A DNA stretch of 64,000 nucleotides, from NCBI GenBank assembly GCA_043228905.1, contig JBHGNT010000001.1, positions 6,572,001 through 6,636,000 of the forward strand, written 5' to 3'. The stretch is from Azolla caroliniana (taxonomy: Eukaryota; Plantae; Polypodiophyta). This document shows positions 37,860-52,800 of the stretch, in pieces (within the stretch, counting starts at the first letter, position 1; every line of letters starts with the position of its first letter). Both the position numbers and the translations under genes were made by a program. The notes under the pieces are model-generated. The model made no database searches. It had not been told where the DNA came from and saw nothing but the letters and a program-made list of their open reading frames with translations.

Positions 37860-40800
37860 ATGGCGACGACGGCCTTGGCGTTGCAGCTGCAGGCCCTCTC
37901 CGCTATCTCGAACACCTCTTCTTCTTCTTCCTTCCTTTCAAAGAAGAACAACACGAAACCTTCGATCCTCTTTGATCCTCGGGAGGCTGCAGATGTTGAC
38001 TCTTCCACGATTTTCTCTCTCGCATTAGCTGGTAAAATGCCTTTCGGTCTATACACACAAAAATCATATCTTTCCATTGCGTTTCTGACATATCTATCCC
38101 TTTGGTTGCGATCGTATCTCATCATCTTCCCGAGAAAGAAATGTTTGTTTTTAGTTAGGTATGCATGTCTTTAGCAATGGATTTAATTCGAAGTAATATT
38201 TATATAGCCGAGAAAGAGAAAAAGTTTTGTTTCTCAATGCTTCTACTGTTTCTTTCTGCAATGCTTATTTTTTTGAAAATTTTCTCTCTTTCTCTCTCTC
38301 CCCCCCCCACGTTTTGATACACGAGTCGAGCCAACTTCATTAAAAACGTTTACGAGAAAGAGGCATTGACTAAGAAGGTTGCCTGAATTTAATTGTTAAT
38401 ATCTAGAAATTTAGGAATCTTAACATCTTACCTAGCAGAATCACAATTGCCATTTCTTGATGTGTTCTCTTGGTCTAAGAAAGAAAATCCTTGTGGTTTC
38501 TGGTATTTGTTTTTGCAGTATATTTGTGGTTTTTTTCCTTTTTCACACGAGGAATGAACACATAAAGATTACAAGTGGTGTAACTGATACAAATTCTTTA
38601 TTTTTTGCTAAAACCTCATATAATGAGAGTATGTAAAACTGACCCTAATTTTATCAATTTTTTTCTGTTTTCTTTTTGGTGCTCTGATTCTATGAGTACG
38701 TGAGACAGGAACATGAGGCATTGAGCATTTCTCTCATAATCCATTTAATTCTTAGTGCAATGTGCCATATTTCTTCAAACTTCTGCTTTAAAAAACAGGC
38801 TCTTGAAGAGCTCACTGCAGAGAATTCTTATTTTGCAATGATTAATTTTATATTCTAATTTTATCAATTTTATTCCATGTTTCTCCTTGATGCTCTAATT
38901 TTATGAATAAGTGAGATTGGAACATCAGACATCTAGAATTTCTCTTTCTTCATCCTTGAAATTCTTAATGCAATGTGCCTTATTTCATCACACTTCTGTT
39001 TCCAAAAAACCAGGTCTCGAAGAGCTCACTGCAGAGAATTCTTATTTTGCAACATTTAAGAAATCACTGTTCAGTGTCGAGAGCAGCCAAACAGAAAGAG
39101 AACAGCAAGGAAAAGAATTCAATGAAAAATTGGATGCGTCTATTCGTAATTTCTTGTTATTAGTTTCAGATTATCTTCTTTTAAGTGCATCTCATCAGAT
39201 CCTTGAGTATCTGATTAGGAGATACAGGTCACTATCCATTTCTCCTTTTTTCTGTTTTCTCAGAAGGCATTTTAGATGAGATTTGTGTAGTTCTAACATA
39301 TTTCTATTGTTTTTGTTTTGATGTTCTAGTATTCACATTTATAACGTGGATGATCTGATTACATTTACGCTACCATATCATGAGACCAGCCTTTTTGTTC
39401 GAATCGTGCAGCTTGCTAATCTAGAGTATGCTGTTTATTCATCTCATTAAACCCACTATCATTAACTTGTATGAAATATCTTTATGCTATATAATTCAGT
39501 TTAAATGAAAGATTTTTCACACCCTTTCCAGTAGCTGAGTAAATAGAGAGTAAATTCTAATAAAGTAAAATTAAAGGAGTGACTGCTATGAAAAGGCAAT
39601 GTACCGCTCACTACTTAGTCTTAAGTATCTTATAGAAATCAGTAAAAGCATATCTTAAGAAATCTATTGTTGTAAAAGCTCTGTATTATGTTTAGATAAA
39701 AGTTTGAAGTAGATGCTTCTGCTGTTCAGTTTCACATTAAATGCTTAAGAACTACATTTCTGTCAGCTGCATTGATTCTTAATGAACTATTGTTATTGAG
39801 CTGTTATAGCAGACAAAAAAAATGAAAGTTAATATACACACCAGTTTCTCCCCAAAAAGGAAAGAAAGAATTTACGCAGAGATATACAGCACAATTGCGT
39901 GCTTTAGATTGTGTATTGCAGTGATCTAGTGGAGTTCTTGGCCATACCTCAGAATTTGGCCATATTGCATTAACACAGTGTCCAGATAATATACAGCCCT
40001 CATTTGAGAAAGAAAGAAAGAAATATTAATGTCTTTTAAGAGGTTGGAATGGCCAATAAGACTAAACAAGATATTACATCTTAAAATGTTGTCTTCTCTG
40101 TGAGAACAAAAAAGCTGTAATTAATGTCGGTAAATAAATAGTAACTAAAAAAATAAATAAAGAATAAAAGAAAAAGAAAAAGAAAAAAAGAAAAAAAGGG
40201 AAAAAAATAGAAAAAGAAAGTAGAAGTGACTAAATAATTCTGCTATTTATACATGTAAGACTCACAACAAGGTAGATTCTAATTTCTGTCTTTGAAAGAT
40301 CTCAACATGGTCGATATATCTTCTAAAGATAGTGATGGCCTATGATATCTACAAATTTACACGTTAGAGAAAGTAAAAAAGCTACCAAGCACTGGTCCTG
40401 TATTATCACACCAAATGTTTCTGTAAACAATGAAATGTTCATTTTGTCCCTTCTGTTTTCAGGAATACTAGATGGCACTTTCTTTCAGGTGTTAAGAAAT
40501 CTGGTGCAGCGCCCCCTAGAGAGCTTGTAGTTCAACAATGCCTTCGAGATATGGCAGTTTTGGATGGGATTTGTGAGTTGGTATGTATTATACTTCCAAC
40601 AATCTGGATATTGCCAGATGTAGTTAACATGTGTCTGTATTTTCTTTTTATGAACTATATTGTAACCAAAGACTTAGCTTCATCCTTTCATAATACTTAT
40701 GCAGTCCATTACGATGTGCTTGTACCATTTGTTTATGAATCAGATTGTGGTGAAGTGTTAATGCCATGTCTTGTTATAAATGCTAGCTTTTTTGTGCTCT

Positions 40801-43800
40801 TATATTTTGTTCATGGATATGATATGCTATGTCATCTTGTTGTGTTTTACATGCTCATTAAATATTCTTTGTGGTGGTTCACCTTATTTCCAGGTGTTCT
40901 ACCATCAACATATGTGGTGTTAAGAAAACTTTTACTTATTGTTTATGAATCAGATGGTGGCCTAACAGTTCATCTCATTCATGTCTTATTTCTAGGGCCA
41001 TACTGTGGTATCTGGCAAGGTTTCCAGATTCAAGACAACTTACTCTTTTAGTGCCACTATTGTCATTGAGGTTTTGGCCACAGAAAAATCAGTCGATTCT
41101 GCTCTAATAAGTAGAATCCTCCCCTTCATAGAGAAATGCTTTAAGAAGGGCTCGTCTGAAGAATATGAGGTATTGTTTTTACTTGTTCTATGCTATGATT
41201 CTGTAGAATACTTTGTAAATGGTCACTCCTTTACTTTTTGATATATATATTCAGTCATAGTTATGATTCATGACTAATAGAGAGTATTCATGTATACTTG
41301 GATTTTATGTTAGTGCCTTATGATTAGAAGCTTATTTTATTTGGCAGATTGGAGGGTTGATGATTATTGGGACCCTGACTAGGAAGGCAAATTTAACTGA
41401 GGAAATGAGTGTGTCACTAGTTGATCTAATTGCAAAAGTTTTCAACAATGAAGTGCAACAGGTGGAAGGTGGCAAAATACTCGAAATGGGTTTGATGGTC
41501 ATTATCCAAATCATGCAGGTTGGCCATGTTTATGAGGACAGTGTCACTAACAAATACACATGCTCTAGGAAAATGGGATAATTTTGTTTCTTATAGCACA
41601 AAGATCTTTTGATAATTCTGCACCATAGTAGCTCATTCATTCTTTTACATTGTAGGTTACATATTAGTTTTAGCCTATAGTCAACTCAATGAGCTTTTCT
41701 TTTGTATTGGCAAGATATCATTTTAATACTTGTAGACACTGTAATATAGTCTGTGTTTCTTTTTTTTTTTTGCTTTTACAGACTCAACCTGTGAGTTACT
41801 TTCCTGATAAAGCATTCAAGTCTATGGTCAAAATACGGTAACCTATTTAGGTCTCAAGCATTTTGGCTCCTGTAAAAGATGTTAATATAATTTTCTTTCT
41901 TTTTAATGTGAAAACGTTTGAAATACCCCAAGTTTTTTTTATCTCCACAAACGTCCTTGGTCAATGATGTTGTTTTATCACAATTACATGTCCTATTTGA
42001 TCAATTATATGGTCAATTCATGGCCTCTGGGGCATGCGGGGAAATATCAAAACGGCTTTGAGGAAATGAATTTAAAACCAAGTGGTATTTCAGGGTTTTT
42101 CCTTTTCCAATATTGCTTTAAAGTGGGCTGATATTTGAACCATTTCTTGTTAACAGAGAGCTTCCCCACATCTTGAAAAGAATAACCACTTCTTTCAGAT
42201 CTGAGAAGGCTTTATCGCTTCTAATCAAAAGCCTTGTTAAACTCTGGTAAAGTTTTAACTGAGATGTATCCTGTACATGCATATAGAAAACGTATTCTTC
42301 TGATGTGGTCATCTATATGTTTCATTGTTTGTAGTTTGTCAAGTCCGCACTATGGGAATTTGCTTCAAGATCTTATTCGTACCCTACCACTCCAGGATCA
42401 TGCAGAATCAATGATATTGTCTTTTCTAGAGATGTGTTGCGCACAAGCCACAATGACGGATCTCTTGAAAGGTTTTATTTAATTATCAATCCATCCTACT
42501 CTTAATTGAGAACTCCTCTTGAAGCTCTTTTATATATAAGTGAATGAATAGGTTCAGTGCTTGTGAAGTTTGCACTCTGGCTTCAATTTCAACCTTGTAT
42601 TTCATTATATGGTTTTGTGTATGTGTTTATAGGTGAACTTATGAAGCTACTATTAGATATGAAGAACAGTTTTCCTAAAGAATTGGACATGTCAATTAAC
42701 AAATTCCTCAAGGTAGGTATATCTTGTAGGTCTGCATTGTGCATTAATAACAAACGTTGGTACAAAAAGGTGGTGTTATTATGTTGCAGTCTCATGTGGA
42801 AGCAAAACCTGTCGCAATGGGCGAACTTTTATCATTTTTACGTGATACCCTTGATGGAACTCTACATGCAGTTTTGCCCAGCACGAACCAGAGCATCTAT
42901 ATGTCCTTAAAGCATCCTGAGGTATTATATTTGTTAAGTAAGTGTTCGGATATTTGTTAATATTTTAAGTGTTAATTATTTTCATGATATATGATTTAAG
43001 CTTGTCAGTTGACAAAGAATGGCAGGTTCTTAACATGCTAGCATTTGATATTGCTATAATAAACACACAGTTTGTATCTAGCCTTCATACAGTATAGCAT
43101 TTGAATGTATCCGAGATCATGCTGATGGGTATAAGCCCAAAATGGAGTATGATTAACAAAGCCGCTATTGAGGAGTGCGTGTTTCTGCGCGAAGTGGTCC
43201 CTGTCACGGAGTTTGATGGGAAATCCACATGGTGACTGTGGTTGATTGGGGAATAATGTCATGTAGAAGCTATAGTGGAGACATTTCCAAAGATTTATAC
43301 CTTAGAACATTAATTATTTGATCTGCTAAACCATATTTCATATGCACACAGAGCTTGAAGGTATCAAACCTCCTCTACTAATTTATATTTCTTGAAAGAA
43401 ATGCGAATAAATCCACATTAATGCACCTAGCTAAATCTGGTTCAAGCTTCTTGCTTTGGAAATGGTCTACTGCTGTACAATGGAACTTGATGATCCAAAT
43501 AACCACCCTTGGTAGTTCTATTTGCTCATGGGTCATTATTACCATCAATTTCTATAGGAACTGCTATGAAAGGAATGATGACTATAGAGGTTGCAATTGA
43601 TAGGGTAGGAATAATTAAGACATTGAACTATCCGATATACAGACGGTTTTCAATGCTGATGGTCCAGTCACAGAAGTAATCTCACAGGCTTGTGCTTTCG
43701 CTTCTTTCTGAAGTTGTGATCATGATAATCTTTCGTATCAAAAAAATTAGTGATTCCCCAGGGGAGGATGAAGCAATCTATTAATCAATGTTTATTTATC

Positions 43801-46800
43801 AATCTTTTATTTGCTTTCATTCAATTGAACCTTTCTCATTGTTTTTTTATGAAAAACTAAATTACGATGGAGTTAATGTAAATAATATCTCTTCCTTCAA
43901 GCTAACATATATACATTTTTCATGACATTTGACATTTGAGATTGTTTTCTACAGGCCAATTGTCGAGGCTTGGCACTTCAGCAAGTGGCAGATGTAGCCA
44001 GAAGAAATCCAGAGGTTAAAGCTATTATTTATTTGTTTGATGTGTTTTAACTTAAATTTAAGCCAATGGTCTTATTATATCTTATTTTTTAATAAAATAT
44101 AGAGTTAGACGTAAAACAGATATAATTGTCCAGATTGAATATGTAGATGTACTTTATTCTAGATCAATAGTTGGTTTATTGTTTCATTTGTAATATCTAG
44201 TGTAGGCTTATTTTGTTTTCTTCCATCTGTGACAGATGAAAGTTATCTGCTCAGAGGCATTGCTTTTAGGACTTCATGATGAGGATATATCTGTAGTCGA
44301 TTCAGTTCTATCTATAGATGGGCTGGAAAAGCTAGTGAATGCTATGGAGTTTTTAACGAGTATGATCGATGTTTTAGCAAGATGCAATGAGTTGTTTGAG
44401 AAAGGTAATTCTACACTGCTTGGAATCTGAGTTTTGTAACGTTCTAGCTAGGATGGATTGCCTGACAAAAGCAACATAAATTTATTGAATTCCTTTTACC
44501 ATAATTAACTTCTAGGAAATTTAACTTATTCTGGTTATTCTGCTCAAAATTGTCTCGACAGGGCTAATTTCATACTTTTGCAAGCATTTTGCATGTATTA
44601 TGAGAAAAACAATGGCATATTATTGTGAAATGCACATAAGAGATCAAAACCACCCTACTTAGCTTCTTACTTCTTGCTCAATTTATAATCGATACAAAGG
44701 TACCCATTTGGGTTGGCTTAGCTACATGCGTGCTAAAATGGGTGTCCTAAAAGGGTGGGTTGGCTTAGGTACATGCATGCTAAAAAGGGTGTGCACAAAG
44801 GAACACATGCACACCACATTATGATCCACTAATGCTTCTTCATAATTCTTCCAAGTTGACTTTCTGTGCAGCATATCGCTCACCTCTTTCAGATCTGATT
44901 CTATTGTTTCTATGTTATAACTTATTAGCTAGAGTAAGGTGTTTTTGTTAGTTCAAACTTAAGGATGTTCAAGCAGAAAAGCTTAACCTCGTACACATGT
45001 GAATGTATTTAGGTATCTGTAGTAGAAACTTGGAACTTGTGTTTCCACTATTTCTATACTAATCTTTGTTTTGGAAAAGCAAAATAACTCTGAAATGCAT
45101 ATTGATCAATCTATGATTGGACAGGATCTCGGTCAGTGAAAGCTCAGGCAAGCTCAATTGCAAGACATTGCCTACAACTGTTGTCGTCGTCATATTTGGA
45201 TTCTAATCCAAGTTATGTAGAAAAAATTGGACAGGTGTTTTTGAGCTATATTTTCCTCTATCCAAAGGTTAGTTTTCAATCTTTTATAGGGTAAATAAAG
45301 TATTCACACTACATTCAACTCAAACCTGTGTCTTTTTGTTGCAGACATGGAAGTTAAACCTCATGGCATTAAAACAGTCGAAGAATTTGCAGTGGAGCTT
45401 CTTTAGAGGATTGTGCTCAGTAAAAAATGACATATTGGATGCAGATGTTGTTAATGACAAGGTAAAAGATTGTCTTAACTTACGAGATTTTTTGTATTTT
45501 TGTTTTTGATAATTTTCTTCATTTTTTTATTTGTAGGAGTCGAAGAAACTATGGTTATATGATGTGAATACTAAGGTTGTTGAATCACTTGCAAATGGCC
45601 TTTGGGAGGACTTGGATTCCCTCCCATTGGAGTTCGCTTCCACCACAAGAAACCATGGAACAAAGTGTTTTATACTGCTAGTCCTATTGAAAACATTGTC
45701 CAGAGGCCAGGAAGGTATTGTCTTATTTATTTTCTTTAACAATGGACAATCTGATATTTCTAGTATCTTGTTTAGATCCCACTACTGTGTCCCAATAATT
45801 CCCATCGAATTTCAAACATTATTGCTAGATGACACTTAACGTACATAGCTAATGGATTTCTCATGCAATTTTGATGACATACAACGCATTAATATATTCA
45901 TCACCTGAATACATACGATTTTATCTTATGTGATTTGCTCACCATCAATCTAGGATTTAACAACATATGATGCATTAATTTATGAAATATGTAATTACTC
46001 ACTGCATGTGTATTGTGTTTGACAAGTTTTTATTTGGAACTTTTCATGTTTCACAAAAGAAATAAGAATGTTGATATTTAGGATTTTCTCACATGAAATG
46101 AATAATGATCTTTGATGCCCCCACTCAATACTAGGCTAACCCAGAATCTGACAGTACCATTTCTTCCTTTTGTGTGTTGTTCTTTGTTTTTGTCCGTAAA
46201 TAACTCAATATTCATTCCAAAGTGTAATGTTAGTCCTCAAAAGAATACCGTTGAATATTGTATGAATCTTCTTCGGTCGTATTGAAAGTCAAACTTTTTT
46301 GTTTTAACCAGGTAGTAGTATCGGATGGTAAACGTGGCAAATTTACATAAAAACTCAATATTGCTGTTGACGTTAATATGTTGGCACTCTAAGAAGTGCA
46401 CCTGTATTACTAAGAATCAATTGGAATGTCATCCTGAGACTCACTTAAGCCTGATTTATTGAAATTGTACGCTACTGTTCATGGAAGTTAAAGAGTTACA
46501 CAATGAATCTTTGTCTCCACTGATGACAAACTTCCATTTCTTTCTTTTTTTGGGGGTATTTGTGGTTCATCTACTTTTAACATAGTTTCCTTGACAATTT
46601 ATTGTTCAATACTACTTGGAGCGCTTCTTGTATCATTCTTACAAATACATTAAAAGTGCGTGCATCCTATGGAGTATGTAGTTCACAGCGTAGGTTACTG
46701 AAGTTCAAGCGTTACTATCAAAACCTTGCAAGTGTCTGTTAGAATACTGATTGTTGAGCTGTGCCTATCAAAACCTTATGTGACAATACATGTAAATACT

Positions 46801-49800
46801 TGAATGCGATTTCATGTTAGTTGAGAAAATTTCATCTCAAAATTACAATATGATGTATGTTACTTAATATCTTGCAATGCTAAGAAATGTTGTAGTTTTA
46901 TGCTCCATTTTTCAGGATTAACATTGAACCTCTCAAAAAAATATTTTGGATTTTTGAAGCAAGAGTGGATAGATATAGAGTCTAGTGAGGAATTTTCAGC
47001 ATCTAAGGTATACATATTGGCATAGGCTTTGACTGTTTTTTATACAATCCAATGGAATGCATTCTAATATTTTATAGGAAGATGAATTTAGCAAACATTC
47101 TCTGAAAAAATCTCCATTTGTGGTGTTGTAGATTAACAATGACGACACCATTGGGGCTTCTCTGTTTACCTATGAGTTCTTCAAAACAATGCAACAAGAA
47201 TCAAAACTTACATTTGGCCGTCTGGTGGTTGAATCCTTCTACAGAGTCTTGTCAAGCATGCCATTGATAGAGAAGGGAAGGAAAAAGGTGATATTTATTG
47301 ACATAAATTATATTAACTCATGAAAAAAGATGCATTGGTGAATATGCTCTGTTTATGCAATGGCAGGGTTCTCACTTGATCTTCTTTTGTTTCCCAGGGA
47401 TATGAGAAGTCATGGTTGAATATGATGGAAGATTTGTTTGTTGTTTTTTCATCATCTCATTCAAGATTGATCTTTGAAAAACACATTAAGCTTATTTTAA
47501 ACAGAATACCGATATTGCCTGTGGTGTTCCTTTCAAATTTTTTCAATGCAGAAGGTTATGATTTTATTTCATATATTTTGTTGAACTTATTTATGGTGTG
47601 AAATAGATTTATATTGCCATATTTTCTTTTGAAAAAGAATTTCTGTGTTATGTTGCATAGTTATTTATTGAAGTCGACATTTTGAAGAAACTATTATCAG
47701 AAAAATATTAAAAAAGTTATCAATGAATGTTTTCTGTTTAGGTGGTACTGTTCCTGTGAGTGCTCAGATACACAGTTTAACTGTTCTATCTTGCTATTGG
47801 GATGAGACCAAAGATATTACAAGGTTAGACATGCAACTTGCAGTTCCTCATTTGGTTACAGCACTTGCAAGTCCCATCAAGGTATGAGAGTGTATATGTT
47901 ATTGATATCAAGGTTGTGTTTATGTTCCAAATATAGCTAAAAGATCGGTAAACAGGCAATAAGAGAAGGAGCATGTGGCTGCTTGGAAAAACTCTATGCT
48001 CAATCCAGATATAGTTCAGGCTTAAGCAATGTTCCAAATGGTAACATGTATTTCATATGATGTAATGTGTTTTATTGGATTATTGGTAAGAGGTTATTCA
48101 AGGTGACTAATCTAGATTATTTGTAATAGGTTATTGAAAGGTAAATAACTTGGATTTTTGTATTTTTATATTCTTTGTTGGAATGCCATTCGTTTTCAGG
48201 TTCTCAGGTGGAGATTGATGTCCTTAATATTGAGACATTCCATTCATTTTTGGAAACATTGTTGGAGTTTAGAGGCTCATTTATCTCAGATGGGGACTTT
48301 GTATCTAAATTCTTGATATCTACATTGGGTCCACAGAAAGAGCATAGAAATAGAAAGGCTGAAAAGGAAATAACATTAAGGTGATAGTCTCTGTTAATGC
48401 TATCATCCAATCACCTATTAACTAAACATGCCTTTAATTCTTTAGATTATCATGTTAATTGGTTACTTATAGAAATATTTTCCCTGTCATATAACTTTTA
48501 ACACATAAAATTGGTTATTGTATGATTCTCAATATTTCACAGGCTTAAGAAATCTGCTAGAACTGCAGTATTTCTGTTTCTTTTACGGAATGCCATCAAC
48601 TTTTCTCTATATTCACAGGTTTATTTATTTTCCTGGCTGTTGTTACTAAGAAATCAATTTGGATGTAGTACTGAATATATTATAGAAATTCTCACCAAGT
48701 GTAATTTGATTTGCAGTATACTCTTTTTCTCAATTTGAAAGGAGTTGGTTATATGCAAGAGCAAGCAGTAGAAACAAAAAAAATATTTGATTCATTGTTG
48801 AGTAGATGGAATCAATGGAAGTTTCACGGAGCAGATGAGGAAAATCTTTCAAAGCTTGAGATACAGTTTTTTCAGCACCTTTTGCAGGTTTTATAACAGT
48901 CACTCTCATATGCAAATTGCAAAGTGGAAAATTGCCTCGCATGATTTTCAGTTTTATGATCTCATCTTTCGTTTCTCTGATCTAGATACATCTCCATCAT
49001 GATGGAATGTTCTCACTTCCAAATAGCAAGGATGGATCAAGTATCTGGTTTAAAACATTAATGACTGTTCTTAATGTGAGTATCTAACCTCCACAATTTT
49101 AATGGGTTCCTCTGCAGAAACGTCTCAAATCAAAATACAATACTGACCTGGGTTTTGTGTGTATAGATTGGTGAGGTTGCAGGGTCCATTGACGCAGATG
49201 TAATTGAGATACTGTGTAGTGTTTTGCCTTGCTTGGATGATAATATTTTCAATATGCTAGATAGCACCTCTCAGGTACTCGTATAGTACCACATATAATA
49301 ATGATAGCGTCTATTTGATTGGAATATGTAGTTGAGTTGGATAAACCCATAAGAATAGTGTGATAACTTCTTTGCAACCCCGCCAGATTCAAAAAAGTGT
49401 GGCTCTGTACAATTTTTAGAAAATTCAAAGTATTAGCATTTTCTTGGCATATTTATATTGAGTTTTTTAATGCAGGATACTATTTTGAAGAAATTGATTG
49501 GTCTGAGTTTATTAAATCCTGAGCCTGTGCAAAGAGCCTCGCGTTTTGCATTACATAAGATTCAGGTATGGAACCCAGATATTTCGTGCAGGATTAATAT
49601 TATGTAGCATGTGAAGGTTTCAAAATATTAAATGATGTGGGAACTTGTGTGCAGATGCGTCCACAAGTCATAACGAGGAGCTTGAATGGTTTCATTGGTT
49701 GTATCTATAGATCTTCTAAAGAACCTGTTGTACTGGATATGGGTATTATTGAATCTCTTATTGCTATAATGGAGTTCCTCCATTCAGAAAATGAGATTAC

Positions 49801-52800
49801 TGGCATGTACGGCAATAGAAATTTGTTTTCAAATTTGTTTTTGATCTTTGTATTTTGTTTTTGTTCTCTACATTGATTGGCATGGATTTACAGGGAAGAG
49901 CTTATTCCGGTGTTATTTGATTTGTTACGTAAGCTCCCGAGAACAATGAGCCTTGAGAATAATAAGGTCATTGAAGATCGTCATGTAAGTTATCTTGAGA
50001 ACCTGGTCCTGGGAGTGATTGAAAAGATTGCTAAATCTACCAAAGTTAGTGCAGAGGTTAGCATACTGTTTTTCTCTTGCTCATTAACTGTAAATTACAT
50101 ATGCTATCTAAATAGTTATGCTAGTTATGGTTGATCACAGGATTCAATATATGATGTGGACTTTTTGGTGGAGTCTATCCACGGTGCAAATGATATAAAT
50201 ACTGTGAACCAGGCACTAAGCTTATTGACAACTGTTGCTCAGGGCTGTCCAGATATTGTCTTGAAACATGTTATAACTGTGTTTTCTATTCTTGGGGAAA
50301 CAACTATGGTGCAGGTTTGCTACACTAACATGTGCTGTTTTTGCTCTATTATTACCCTATTCTGCAATAAAATTCAAACGAGAATGCCTTCTATGATAAT
50401 GTGTATAATGAACGGGAATGCATCATATGATCTTTTGCATAAATCAATGGGCTGCTGTGCAGAAAAACGAAATATATGTATGTTTATGTTTCCAAAAGAC
50501 CATAATGGACTATGAGAACTGACATACATTATAGCTCTTTATGTTTCTCGTTCTCGTGGAGAATGTAATCCATTGGTAAATGGGTTTATTTAGAAGCCTT
50601 TTTCTACTATACAAAGGTACTTCTTAACCGTAAAGAATCCTAGTGCACATCCTAGTTTTTGATTACTTTTTACAAGTGTAAAATAAGCTAGTTATATTTC
50701 AGATGAATTGTGCGAAATTTGACGTGGGGTTGTGTTCTCAACCACACTTACTAGCCATAGAATCCATGCATAACCAATGTTTCCATGTTGCTGCATTCTT
50801 GGAATTTGGGACCACACACATTGTCATGACAACATTGGAACCACACACATTGCCATGACAACAAATGGACCACACAGATTGTCATGACAACATTAGGATC
50901 ACACACACATTGTCATGACAACATTGGGATCATGACATTGGGACTTAATACATTGGAACTGACTGCCAAATTTCCAACTGTTGCAGATATGACCCGTATG
51001 TTCGCAATAATATGGGTTGGGCAAAGTAAACACGATCTCATCTTTTTAAGAAGCATCACTAATTTGCATTTGTGAAAACCATCATGCACTACACCCATAT
51101 ATTATGCCCTTCCAATTCAGCCAAGTGTCATGGAACATGGATTATATATAGAATCTTAGCTGATGTAACTGTTAGTGTTTCAAAGTTATGGCTATGTTAC
51201 TGTTTTACACTACAGATGCACTGGATTTTGGTGATTTTAGTTGTAACTCATATTGATGTATGGCCTACTGATTATAAAATCCAGTTCTCTATATTCCATT
51301 AGTCTGATTCTATTGGTGTTAACATTACTGCAATATATGCAGGATGATAGTCATTCATATCTTGTCACCGAAAAGCTTATATCTGCGGTTGTCCCAAGCT
51401 GGCTGCAGAAGTTTGAGAACCCAAGGCTATTATTGGAGGTAATAATTTTTGTACAGTGCATTTACCCTAATTCTGGCATTATCTTAGTCAGCTGTAAATT
51501 TATGTATCATTTCACAGATAATTGTGAAGGCGCTACCTGATGTTCCATCTCATAGGCGAACTCCTTTACTGAAGACAACTCTAAGGTGGGGTTACGTGTG
51601 TTCGTGTTGTATCTCGGTCTACTGAAGGTTTTTAGTTACTTTATTTAATCGGTCTTGTCTTTTTTATGTATGCTTATAGAGTATCATGAAGTTAGCAAAT
51701 TGCCATCAAGTCATGCTAGATTAATGGCAATAGTTGTTTTTTACAGCTTATTGTTCATGGAATAATAGTAAGAAAGCTGATTATGGTTATATTAAACATA
51801 CACAACTATGTACAAATTGTTTCAAAATTCCTAATGATCAGAATACAGTATTTTGAATATCTTAGATTGAGTACATCTGTAGTGTTTCATTGATACAGGG
51901 GTTGCTATGCATGGCAGGAAGAATAATAATGGTATGCTGAAATAGCAAAGCGTTTTCCAAAGAATTCTTAAAATGCTGGCATATGCTGTATTGTGTCATC
52001 AACATTATCCCTGAAATGTTGTTAAGAAATGCTAAACATTCCGCATGTGCTTGTGATCATCAAACCAGAAAGAATAATTTATCTGTAGGCTTGTGTAACT
52101 GAGATAAACTATGACTTGATATGCAGTAGTTATGTACTATAGCATCTTTATCTAAACTTCACTTTGGCATTAAGATTCATGCAGGAGTCCACAAGCTTAC
52201 ACCTTCTGTTGCTGCTGCTCATCGAAAACACCGTTTCATCTATGAGACATCCAGAAAAACTGCAGAAGAAAAGATTCAGGAACAGCAATGTGAAGTCTGT
52301 AGATTTGGATGTTAAAAAATGGTCTGCGGAGTTTAGTAACAGTATCTGTGAAGAGTATGAGATCCCTATACGGTTGCCTGGACTGCTTAACTTGCTGAAA
52401 TGCAGTGGAGACATCTTGTTGTCTGAGGAAAAACCTACTAATGAAAGTTCAATTGTGATACATGATAAAGTGGTCAATTTCATTTCAGCTCAGTTACAGA
52501 AGATTGGCCAAATTGAAGATCTGCCACATCAACAAAATCAGAAAACTTTCAGGGTAAATATTGGCATGTATTAGACATGGGGTATTTTCCTTGTGAGTGG
52601 TCATATGACCTTTGTTTTTTAATTGTTTACAGGGAGTATTCATTGAGATGTTGGAAATAGTTCTCAGTCACTTGCAAAGTTTGAGCATTAAGTCTCTTGA
52701 TAAGAAGGTATCAGTACATGATGGTCTAAAATCACTCCAGGATAGTTTGGAGTGTCTTCTTCAATGTATCACCAACCTGTTGTCTATAAGTGCATTTACT

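Noticed and set aside
47956-48040. Apparent frameshift in a UTP10 exon
   Set aside because: Recounting the A-run gives an open frame (CLEKLYAQSRY).
49795-49895. Apparent GC-AG intron in UTP10
   Set aside because: Phase analysis favours the canonical GT donor a few bases downstream (AT|GTACGG).
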